This document shows positions 48,359 through 56,710 of a DNA stretch of 64,000 bases, in pieces. The DNA is from Anaerolinea sp. (lineage in GTDB: Bacteria > Chloroflexota > Anaerolineae > Anaerolineales > Villigracilaceae), in the NCBI GenBank assembly GCA_020723805.1, contig DYID01000006.1, forward strand, positions 74,694-138,693. Direction: 5' to 3'. The position numbers and the translations under genes were made by a program. Within the stretch, counting starts at the first letter, position 1, and each line of letters opens with the position of its first letter. The notes under the pieces are model-generated. The model was not told the origin of the DNA. It ran no database searches and saw nothing but the letters and a program-made list of their open reading frames with translations.

Positions 48359-50404
48359 TTACATCTTCAATTCTTTTTTCACCAACTCGCGTACGTCGCG
48401 CGCGGTGGCGCATTCTAATGCCTGTTGCGCGAGCGCCTGCAGGTCGGATGCTTTCAAGCCGCGTATCTGCGCTTTGACGAGCGGAATGGATGGCACGCTG
48501 ATGCTCAACTCGTCTATGCCCAAGCCAATCAAAATCGGCACGGCATACGGGTCGGAGCCGAGTTCGCCGCAAATGCCCGCCCATTTGCCGTGTTTGTGCG
48601 CGCCTTCGATGGTCTTTGCAATCAACCTCAGCACGGCGGGATGCAAGCCGTCCTGTTTGGCGGAGAGTAACGAGTGACCTCTATCCATGGCGAGCGTATA
48701 TTGCGTCAGGTCATTCGTCCCGATGGAGAAGAAATCCACTTCCTTCGCCAGCACATCCGCCATCAGCGCGGCAGACGGGACCTCGATCATGATGCCTGCC
48801 GCCACGCGCGGAATCTTCAACTCGATCTGTAGTTCATCCAACATCAGCCGTGCCCGCCGATATTCTTCGATGTCGCCCACCATCGGGAACATGATTTGCA
48901 GATTGCCATACAAGCCCGCCCGCAGAATGGCGCGTAACTGTTGGCGGAACAATTCAGGACGGTTCAAGCACAAACGAATACCGCGTTCGCCCAAAAACGG
49001 ATTGTCCTCCCTTTGCATTTCGATGTAGGGCAGAGGTTTGTCGCCGCCGACATCCAGGGTGCGGACGATGACGGGGCGTTTGCCCATCACCTCCGCGATG
49101 GAGCGATAGACTTCGAATTGCTCCGCTTCGGTGGGCGCCGTGGTCCGCTCCAGGAAAAGAAACTCGGTTCGCAACAACCCGATGCCTGCCGCGCCCATCT
49201 TCAAGGCTTTTTCTGCATCCTCGAGCGATCCCGCATTGGCAACCACCTCCACGTGCCGCCCGTCCACAGTGACTGCGGGCGTCGTTGCATGTTCCAGCGC
49301 GACGCGGCGTTTCTCCAGCCAGGCATTGCGTTCCTGTTCTGCGAGTTGAAGTTCTTCGGGCAGTGGGTTGAATGTCACTGTGCCGTCGCTTCCATGGAGA
49401 ATGATGTACGAATCGTTTTCCAACTTCAAAACGGACTCGTCCACGCCGACCACAGCGGGCAGCCCCAATGCCCGCGCTAGAATCGCCGTGTGCGAGGTTG
49501 GTCCGCCGTTGACAATACAAAAACCAAGTACCAAATCCTTGTTGAACGAAACCGTGTCGGATGGGGAGAGTTCGCGGGCGACGACCACGACGGGTTTATC
49601 GGGGAGTAAATCGGCTTTGTCCTCCGCGCCGACCATCAAGCGCAGCACGCGCCTGCCCACATCGCGCAGGTCATCGGCGCGGGCGGAAAGCAGCGGGTCA
49701 TTCAATGCCGCCACCACCATGGCGCTGTCTTCGATGGTTTCCTTCCAGGCTTTCAGCGCATCCTGCCCCTTTTGGAAGCGTTCATAGACGGCTTCGTTCA
49801 GTTCAGGGTCGTCGAGCAGACCGAGATGCGCGTCGAAGATGGCGGCTTCGGCTTTCATGCCCTGCTCGATCATTTGTTTATTGAGTTTGTTCAATTGTTC
49901 GCGTGCCCGAGCCAGCGCGTCCTGCAAACGTTCCCAGCCCACCACCAGCGTGTCGGAAATCTCGTCAATGGGAATTTCCTGATGCTGAAACTGATACACG
50001 GGACCGATGGCAATGCCAGGTGATGCGCCAACGCCCCGCAGAGCGTTGGTCTTCGTTGGTTTGATTTCCTCGATGGGCTTGGTTTCACTTTTCGATGTGG
50101 GAGGCGCAACAGGTTTTTCCTGCGTCTCTTTCACCGCTTCGCCTTCTCCCAGTCCGGCTAAAATCGCCGCTTCGATCTCAGCCAGCGCGGTTTCTTCGTC
50201 TTCGCCGTTTGCTTCGATTTTCAACAAACTGCCTTTCGATGCCCCCAGTGTCAGCACCGAGATTAAACTTTTGGCATTCGCTTTTTTCTCCCCGTGCCAG
50301 ATGGTGACATTCGACTTGAACTGCTTGACCAGATTTACCAGAGTCTTGGCAGGGCGCGCATGTAATCCCGTTTCATTGGTAATGGTAATTTCCAGCTGCT
50401 TCAT
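48359..50404 (-). CDS. ptsP: HPr-Enzyme I fusion (PEP-protein phosphotransferase)
   Basis: HPr GLHARPA and AKSLISVL, a linker, then EI with GGPTSH, GLLRTEF, RTLDVGGDK, SIGTNDL, CGE. Confidence 0.88.
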   Translation of the reverse strand: MKQLEITITNETGLHARPAKTLVNLVKQFKSNVTIWHGEKKANAKSLISVLTLGASKGSLLKIEANGEDEETALAEIEAAILAGLGEGEAVKETQEKPVAPPTSKSETKPIEEIKPTKTNALRGVGASPGIAIGPVYQFQHQEIPIDEISDTLVVGWERLQDALARAREQLNKLNKQMIEQGMKAEAAIFDAHLGLLDDPELNEAVYERFQKGQDALKAWKETIEDSAMVVAALNDPLLSARADDLRDVGRRVLRLMVGAEDKADLLPDKPVVVVARELSPSDTVSFNKDLVLGFCIVNGGPTSHTAILARALGLPAVVGVDESVLKLENDSYIILHGSDGTVTFNPLPEELQLAEQERNAWLEKRRVALEHATTPAVTVDGRHVEVVANAGSLEDAEKALKMGAAGIGLLRTEFLFLERTTAPTEAEQFEVYRSIAEVMGKRPVIVRTLDVGGDKPLPYIEMQREDNPFLGERGIRLCLNRPELFRQQLRAILRAGLYGNLQIMFPMVGDIEEYRRARLMLDELQIELKIPRVAAGIMIEVPSAALMADVLAKEVDFFSIGTNDLTQYTLAMDRGHSLLSAKQDGLHPAVLRLIAKTIEGAHKHGKWAGICGELGSDPYAVPILIGLGIDELSISVPSIPLVKAQIRGLKASDLQALAQQALECATARDVRELVKKELKM

Positions 50405-50484
50405 TTTCCAAACTCCATGTTGACCAGGCGCCCTCGAACCGTCATTGTTTTGCTGAATGCATTAGAGAACGCACTTAGCGTATT

Positions 50485-50925
50485 TTACTCATCGGGCTCT
50501 CTGCCCAAGTGCTTCAGGACGACTTCGGGATCGGAAGTGTGAATGAGGTCGTTCAGGATGGCTTCATCCTCCACCGCCTCTGCCAGACTTGCCAGCACAC
50601 CGACATGTTCATCTCCCTGCGCGGCGATTCCGATGACGAGATAAACGGGCTCGCCGCCTTCGTCCCATTCCACGCCCTGCGGCAACTGCAAAACGGAAAT
50701 GCCTGTTTGCAAAACATGATCCTTGTTTTCGTACACGCCATGCGGAATGGCGACGCCGCTCCCTAAATACGTGGACATGCTTTCTTCACGCTTCAACATG
50801 CCATCGATGTATTCCGGCAGAACGCAACCCGATTTCACCAGCAAATTGCCCGCCTTGCGGATGGCGTCCGTGCGGTCCGCGGCGGCGGCGTTAAGTTGAA
50901 TTCGTTCGATGGAAAGAATGGACAT
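50485..50925 (-). CDS. PTS EIIA component (mannitol/fructose type)
   Basis: STYLGSGVAIPHG, GIAAQGDEH. Confidence 0.88.
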   Translation of the reverse strand: MSILSIERIQLNAAAADRTDAIRKAGNLLVKSGCVLPEYIDGMLKREESMSTYLGSGVAIPHGVYENKDHVLQTGISVLQLPQGVEWDEGGEPVYLVIGIAAQGDEHVGVLASLAEAVEDEAILNDLIHTSDPEVVLKHLGREPDE

Positions 50926-50928
50926 GGC

Positions 50929-51258
50929 TTACAGGTCCGTGCCGACGATATCTGCCTTGTCCGCCAGGGCTTTCACGAGATTGTCGAACACGGGGTCGTT
51001 GATGAAGTGATTGAATGCCAGGACGACTGCGTTAGGCGCCTTGCTGGCGGCGGTCTTTGCCAGCCCTTTGTGAACCACCACGACCTGCGCGTCGGCGGGA
51101 ATTTCGCGAGCGGGCTTGTGGATGACGGTCACGTCGGTCACTTGTGCGGCTTTGAGTTTTTTCTTGAGCGCATTCACGCTCATCAGGCTGGACCCCATCC
51201 CTGCTTCGCAGGCAAAGATGATGGTCTTCACGTTGGCGGCGGAGATGGTGTTGGGCAT
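50929..51258 (-). CDS. PTS EIIB component (mannitol type)
   Basis: IIFACEAGMGSS phosphorylation loop. Confidence 0.88.
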   Translation of the reverse strand: MPNTISAANVKTIIFACEAGMGSSLMSVNALKKKLKAAQVTDVTVIHKPAREIPADAQVVVVHKGLAKTAASKAPNAVVLAFNHFINDPVFDNLVKALADKADIVGTDL

Positions 51259-51362
51259 GAGTTTTCTCCTTTTGTTTTGTTACAATCTTTCAAAGAAGCA
51301 TTGTATATTTTGCGTGTTAGCGAAGGGCGACGTTAGAGAACGCCGCTTGCGCCTCAGTTGTG

Positions 51363-51426
51363 GAAAACGACAGATGCGACAGGGAGCAATGTGATTGATT
51401 ATAGTGTAGCCGCATCTGTCGTTTTC
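51363..51426. repeat. Perfect 16-bp inverted repeat between EIIC and EIIB
   Basis: GAAAACGACAGATGCG / CGCATCTGTCGTTTTC with a 32-nt loop. Confidence 0.7.
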
Positions 51427-51443
51427 AATTTGAGCGGGTGAGA

Positions 51444-52472
51444 TTATTCCGCCTTATCTTCGGGCACCGGGCGCACACGCAGGATAAAGATGCCCACCAG
51501 CGCAGAGACCACAGCGCCGATTACTACGCCGGTCAACACGGGGAAGTGCTGTCCCGGAGGGGTCACAGCCAGATAGGCAAAAATGGAACCGGGGGAAGGC
51601 GTGGCAGCCAGCCCGGCGCCGCTGAGCGTGAACCACAGGTCGGCAGAGAAGCCGCCGGCGATCATGGCAAGGATCATGATGGGATGCGCCAGTACATAGG
51701 GGAAGTAAATCTCATGGATGCCGCCGAGGAAGTGAATGACCATCGAGCCGGGCGTGGATTCCTTGAGCATGCCTTTGCCGGCAACATAGAAGGCAATCAG
51801 CAATCCCAAACCGGGACCCGGGTTGGTCTCCAGCAGGAAGTGAATGGCGCGCCCGGATTCAGCTGCTGCTGCGACGCCCAAAGGTCCCAGCACGCCGTGA
51901 TTGATGGCGTTGTTCAGGAACAATACCTTAGCAGGTTCGATGAGGATTGCCGCAAAGGGCAAAAGTCGTGCGTTGACCAGCCAGTCCACGCCGGCGCCGG
52001 CGGCATTGCTGAATGCCGAAACGACCGGTCCAATTGCCAGATTGCCCAGCAGGGCAAGCAGCATGCCAAGAATGCCTGCGGAGAAGTTGTTGATCAGCAT
52101 CTCGAAGCCGACCGGGATTTTCTCCTCGAGGGCGTTGTCAACAAGTTTAATCAGCCATCCGCCAAGCGGTCCCATGATCATTGCGCCCAGCATCATGGGA
52201 ATATCGGCGCCCACGATCACACCCATGGTTGCCACAGCGCCGACCACGCCACCGCGCACGTCGCCATGCACCAATTTGCCGCCGGTGTAACCGATCAGCA
52301 GCGGAAGCAGGTACACAATCATTGGACCAACGAGTTTGGCGAGCGTCTCGTTGGGAGTCCAGCCGGTCGGGATAAAGAATGCCGTGATCAAACCCCAGGC
52401 AATGAACGCACCAATGTTGGGTATGACCATGCCAGCCAAAAACCCGCCGAATCGTTGTAACTTCTCTCTCAT
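51444..52472 (-). CDS. mtlA: PTS mannitol-family EIIC permease
   Basis: [41 protein letters not shown]. Confidence 0.85.
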   Translation of the reverse strand: MREKLQRFGGFLAGMVIPNIGAFIAWGLITAFFIPTGWTPNETLAKLVGPMIVYLLPLLIGYTGGKLVHGDVRGGVVGAVATMGVIVGADIPMMLGAMIMGPLGGWLIKLVDNALEEKIPVGFEMLINNFSAGILGMLLALLGNLAIGPVVSAFSNAAGAGVDWLVNARLLPFAAILIEPAKVLFLNNAINHGVLGPLGVAAAAESGRAIHFLLETNPGPGLGLLIAFYVAGKGMLKESTPGSMVIHFLGGIHEIYFPYVLAHPIMILAMIAGGFSADLWFTLSGAGLAATPSPGSIFAYLAVTPPGQHFPVLTGVVIGAVVSALVGIFILRVRPVPEDKAE

Positions 52473-52935
52473 TCTTGCATCTCCTTTCAGGATGTGTGTT
52501 TTGCCTGATATCTCAGGCGTGAATTTGCCGGGAGGCTCAGAGGAGCATCTCCCGGGTCACAGGACAGCGGGGCAGAGTGCTGTCGGGTAACCGGAGGCTT
52601 GGGGGTGTGGATCAATCTTCCGCTTCGTACGAACCGTAAGCCTGATCCTGTGTTCGGACATTTCCCGCCGCTGAGGCAGAAACGACAAAAAATTCCATGA
52701 CGCTAAACGGCATGGAATGGGTGTAGTCAAAATATGGTTATGGATTGAGGAGATGCACATGACCCGGTTCGTTGCGAGGTTCGCCTGTTGCCCGCCGATC
52801 TGCATACCGAGTGGCAAATGGTTGATTTGGTTTTGTTGCCGGGCGGTTGTCTGAGACATGGAGCCTCACAAAAGGGTGGCGGCAATGGAGGTGATAGAGG
52901 TATTAGTACTTAGGTGCCGGTTATTAACGGCGGCT

Positions 52936-52963
52936 AGTGTAAACGATTACATTTTTTTGTCAA
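52936..52963 (-). promoter_or_regulatory. PTS operon promoter with an overlapping LacI-type operator
   Basis: Minus strand TTGACA-16 nt-TACACT; the operator-like TGTAAACGATTACA (52938-52951) overlaps the spacer and -10. Confidence 0.65.
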
Positions 52964-53044
52964 GGATGATTACGTTTTTTGGTGCATTTTTCGGTTAAAT
53001 CCGATATTTTCCTCGTTTCTTGAGTTCTATAACACCCGGCTATG

Positions 53045-53056
53045 GAAAACGTTTTC
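53045..53056. promoter_or_regulatory. Second LacI-type operator
   Basis: Perfect palindrome GAAAACGTTTTC upstream of the lacI-family gene; its TATAAT is at 53077, 6 nt before the ATG. Confidence 0.6.
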
Positions 53057-53088
53057 ATCATTTTTTGGTGTGATGATATAATATTGTC

Positions 53089-54084
53089 ATGCCCAGCATT
53101 AAAGATGTTGCCCAAATTGCCGGGGTCTCCACGGCAACCGTTTCCCGTGTTCTCGCCGGCAGTGACCGTGTTAAGGAAGAGACACGCAGGCGGGTATTGA
53201 ACGCAGTTAAGGAACTCAACTATCGTCCCAACTTGGTTGCCCGCAGTTTGCGCTCGCAAAAAAGCGCCAGAATTGGGCTGGTGGTTTCCGATATTCGCAA
53301 TCCGTTCTTTACCGCCATCAGCCGCGCAGTGGAGGATGCCGCCTATGAACAAGGGTATTCGGTGTTGTTGTGTAATACAGATGAGGATCCCGCGAGGGAA
53401 GAACTTTATTTGAATATTTTGCATGATGAAAGCGTTGCCGGCATCATTTTTTCCCCCACGCAACAGTTTAGCGCGCGGCTTTCTACATTCAAATCAGATA
53501 TCCCATTCGTCATTATTGACCGTGCAGTGAATGCCGCCCAAGCCGACATGGTCTTACTGGACAATGTGGCGGCTGGATACGAGTTAACCGCCCATCTGAT
53601 TCAAAACGGCTATACAAAACTTGCGGGTCTGTTTGGCAACGCCAGCACCACCGGCAGGGACAGAAACAAAGGCTTCCGCAAGGCACTGGAAGATTTTCAG
53701 TTAAAACCCCTGACTGAGCAGTTCATTCCGCCGCGTATCCAACAAGGATATGAAACGACGTTAATGTTGTTTGATCAGCCCAATCGCCCGGACGCCATCT
53801 TTACCAGCAACAGCCTGCTCACCGCTGGCGCCTTTCAGGCAATTCGAGATCGTAGGTTGAAGGTACCGGATGATGTGGCGCTTGTAGGGTTCGATGAAAC
53901 CACATGGGGGGCGCTGGTAGATCCGCCCATTACGCTTATCGCTCAACCCACCGAAGAGATCGGGCGAACGGCAACTGAATTGCTCTTTCAGCGCATCGAA
54001 GAGCCAAGCCGCTCGCCGCGCACAGTCATTCTCAAGGGGAAACTCATTGCACGTGGTTCCAGCGCACCGCGGGCAAATAAGTAA
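53089..54084 (+). CDS. LacI family transcriptional regulator
   Basis: SIKDVAQIAGVSTATVSRV HTH, YRPN..ARSL hinge, DIRNPFF. Confidence 0.93.
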   Translation: MPSIKDVAQIAGVSTATVSRVLAGSDRVKEETRRRVLNAVKELNYRPNLVARSLRSQKSARIGLVVSDIRNPFFTAISRAVEDAAYEQGYSVLLCNTDEDPAREELYLNILHDESVAGIIFSPTQQFSARLSTFKSDIPFVIIDRAVNAAQADMVLLDNVAAGYELTAHLIQNGYTKLAGLFGNASTTGRDRNKGFRKALEDFQLKPLTEQFIPPRIQQGYETTLMLFDQPNRPDAIFTSNSLLTAGAFQAIRDRRLKVPDDVALVGFDETTWGALVDPPITLIAQPTEEIGRTATELLFQRIEEPSRSPRTVILKGKLIARGSSAPRANK

Positions 54085-54245
54085 TGCTCCAATTGTAGGA
54101 CCAGCAAAGTTGATGAAGAGCGGCAGCACTATTATCACAGGGGATGACAATGAAGTGAAGGGGTGAGAGCAAGAGACAATTTTGCATCATATTTCCACCC
54201 ACCTGCGAGGAGACAAAAAATCCCTCCCTGAGGAGAGATTTTGTG

Positions 54246-54319
54246 CGGTCCCGACGGGATTCGAACCCGCGATCTCGGCCTTGACAGGGCCGCATGTTAG
54301 GCCGCTACACCACGGGACC
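54246..54319 (-). tRNA. tRNA-Asp(GTC)
   Basis: Acceptor GGTCCCG/CGGGACC, anticodon arm CGGCC-CT-GTC-AA-GGCCG, GGTTCGAATCC; CCA not encoded. Confidence 0.95.
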
Positions 54320-54546
54320 AGTATGACAGCGGGCGAGAGTTTACCATGCGGCTAAGGTTGTGTCAATATGTTTGCGAGATTTTTATCCTGACAGATATCC
54401 CCCGCGTGATTTGCACTTCTGTTAGAGCCAAAGGGATTTTCCAACAGGCTGGCTTGACACATTCCCACCACTACGCTATATTATCCGCAATCCCCGATAC
54501 ATTCAGCCGCAATGGGCTGGAGAGTCTTTTGTGCAGGAGGGTTGTC

Positions 54547-54918
54547 TTGTCCAAGTCACGAACGCAACAAATGGTAGATCGCCTCCGCGAGTTGCAAGCA
54601 TCTTCGCCGGATATCGAAGCCTCCGCCGTGGTCAGTGTGGATGGCTTGAGCATCGCCTCTGCGCTCCCTCAAGGGGTGGAGGAAGACCGCGTCTCGGCAA
54701 TGTCGGCGGCAATGCTTTCCTTGGGCGAACGCATCGCCACCGAATTGGGAAGAGGCTCGCTGGAGCAGGTGTATATCAAAGGTGAAAAAGGATACGTTGT
54801 ACTGATGTCGGTGGGGGAGGAGGCGGTTCTCACCGCCCTGGCGCGTGAGCAAGCCAAACTGGGTTTGATCTTCCTGGATATGCGTCGCGCCGCAGAAGAT
54901 CTGGCAAAATTGATTTAA
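54547..54918 (+). CDS. Roadblock/LC7 (MglB-like) domain protein
   Basis: AVVSVDGLSIAS, RVSAMSAAMLSLGER; GGAGG RBS before TTG. Confidence 0.88.
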   Translation: MSKSRTQQMVDRLRELQASSPDIEASAVVSVDGLSIASALPQGVEEDRVSAMSAAMLSLGERIATELGRGSLEQVYIKGEKGYVVLMSVGEEAVLTALAREQAKLGLIFLDMRRAAEDLAKLI

Positions 54919-54930
54919 CTGGAGTCGAGA

Positions 54931-55566
54931 ATGAGCCCTGTTCAAAGCACCGGGTTATATTACCCCAACAAATTCGGCTTGATTATCATCAAATCCCTCG
55001 AAGAAGTGATGGGCAAAAACGGTCTCAACGCCATCCTCAATCTTGCCGGATTGAATCACTACATCGAAAACTACCCTCCCGACAACCTCGAAAAAGGCTT
55101 CGACTTTGCCGAACTTTCCGCCATTGGCGTCGCATTGGAGGAAATGTACGGTCCGCGCGGTGGACGTGGATTGGCTCTGCGCGCCGGGCGCGCCACCTTC
55201 TCCGATGCGTTGAAGAACTTCGGCGCTTTGGCTGGCGCCGCCGACTTGGCATTCGTCGTTCTCCCGCTCCAGTCCAAACTGCGCATCGGTCTGCCGGCTT
55301 TCGCAAAAATCTTCTCCCAACTCAGTGACCAGTACAGCACCGTGGAAGAACGGGAAACGGAGTTCATCTGGACCATTCACAAGTGTCCCGTCTGCTGGGG
55401 GCGGACCAATGCGGACAAGCCGGTCTGCTACATTGCCACAGGTCTGCTCCAGGAATCGCTCAAATGGGTTTCCGGCGGCAGTGAATTCCGCGTGAACGAA
55501 TCCAAATGCGTTGCCATGGGCGATGCGGTTTGTGAATTTGTCATTCAGAAAGAGCCCATAGCGTAG
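54931..55566 (+). CDS. V4R (4-vinyl reductase) domain protein
   Basis: CPVCWGR...PVC...GLLQE...ESKCVAMGDAVCEF. Confidence 0.82.
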   Translation: MSPVQSTGLYYPNKFGLIIIKSLEEVMGKNGLNAILNLAGLNHYIENYPPDNLEKGFDFAELSAIGVALEEMYGPRGGRGLALRAGRATFSDALKNFGALAGAADLAFVVLPLQSKLRIGLPAFAKIFSQLSDQYSTVEERETEFIWTIHKCPVCWGRTNADKPVCYIATGLLQESLKWVSGGSEFRVNESKCVAMGDAVCEFVIQKEPIA

Positions 55567-55576
55567 AGGGGATACC

Positions 55577-56431
55577 GTGGCTGAAGCCAAACACAAAATC
55601 CTAATCGTCGAAGACGATCCCGATGTCGCGGAAATGCTGAACGCATATTTCCGCGTTCAGGGGTATGAAGTATTTACGGTCAACTGGGGGGAAGATGGCG
55701 TGCGCGCCGGGCAGACCGTTTCGCCCGACATCATCATCCTCGATATCCGCCTGCCCGATATTGACGGCTTCGAAGTAGCGCGCCGCCTGCGCTCTGACCG
55801 GCGTACCCGCGAAATCCCCATCATCTTTCTCACGGAAAAACGCGAACGCGTGGACCGCCTGCAAGGCTTTGAAGTTGGGGCGGACGATTACATCACCAAA
55901 CCGTTCGATGTGCAGGAATTGCGCCTGCGGGTCCGCAACGCCCTCAAGCGGGTCAGCCAGGGTTCGCTGACCAACCCGGTTAGCGGCTTGCCCGAAGGTC
56001 CTCTGGTGGATGAGCGCCTGTCTGACGCGATTCACAAGAGCGGCTGGGCGCTTCTTCATATCTCCATCGCACACCTCGACGCTTTCCGTGAAGCATACGG
56101 TTTTGTAGCGTCAGACGATGTGTTGCGGGCGATCAGCCTGATGATTCACAACACCATCAAAGAGACCGGTACCAGCGATGACTTCCTCGGGCATCTCAGC
56201 CCGACCGATTTCATCGTCATCATGCAGCCCGATACCATGACCACCTTCCGCGAAAAAATTCGCTCGCGGCTGGAGCAATCGCTCGATTACTTTTACCCAA
56301 TCAAAGACCGCGAGAAAGCCTCCAAACTACCCAACAGACTGGCAATTCGAGTTGTGGATGTGCCGCCTGTTTTCGGGCGTTATTCGACTGTGGAGCACTT
56401 AAAGAAAGACCTGTTGAGCAAGAATTTGTGA
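55577..56431 (+). CDS. Response regulator with a degenerate GGDEF-like output domain
   Basis: REC domain (VEDD, LDIRLP, FLT, KPF); the C-terminal fold has SPTDF in place of GGDEF. Confidence 0.82.
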   Translation: MAEAKHKILIVEDDPDVAEMLNAYFRVQGYEVFTVNWGEDGVRAGQTVSPDIIILDIRLPDIDGFEVARRLRSDRRTREIPIIFLTEKRERVDRLQGFEVGADDYITKPFDVQELRLRVRNALKRVSQGSLTNPVSGLPEGPLVDERLSDAIHKSGWALLHISIAHLDAFREAYGFVASDDVLRAISLMIHNTIKETGTSDDFLGHLSPTDFIVIMQPDTMTTFREKIRSRLEQSLDYFYPIKDREKASKLPNRLAIRVVDVPPVFGRYSTVEHLKKDLLSKNL

Positions 56432-56444
56432 AAATGACAATCGT

Positions 56445-56460
56445 ATTACCAATTACCAAC
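56445..56460 (+). repeat. CCAATTA heptamer arm
   Basis: tattaccaattaccaac after the response regulator stop. Confidence 0.55.
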
Positions 56461-56469
56461 CTAGTGACA

Positions 56470-56507
56470 AAGCGGAGAACCTGTTTCAACAAGGTCTCCG
56501 CTTTTTT
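56470..56507 (+). terminator. Intrinsic terminator
   Basis: AAGCGGAGA-ACCT...AGG-TCTCCGCTT followed by TTTT. Confidence 0.75.
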
Positions 56508-56710
56508 ACTTACCTTACGCGGTGATGCGGGTTTTTTGCCCTGAGCCTGCCAAAGAGCATCTCATGTTTTTGCGTGCCATGAACCTATTGCGGGGACGAT
56601 ATGCTGCGCTACAAGAAAACCGCATAGTATCCGCTGTAACAAAATTTACTTCCACAGCAGGACAATGTGAAATTCTGGTGGAATATCCTATTTGACCATT
56701 TGGAGCGCAT

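Noticed and set aside
52495-52520. BglG/LicT RAT-like CAGGCAAAAC sequence upstream of EIIC
   Set aside because: The 5' half of a RAT is missing, the sequence is part of a separate small hairpin, and no PRD antiterminator is in the window.
45215-54319. PTS cluster as an island integrated at tRNA-Asp
   Set aside because: I found no duplicated tRNA 3' end (att site) and no integrase in the window; only adjacency supports it.
55577-56431. Active diguanylate cyclase
   Set aside because: The GG(D/E)EF motif is replaced by SPTDF.
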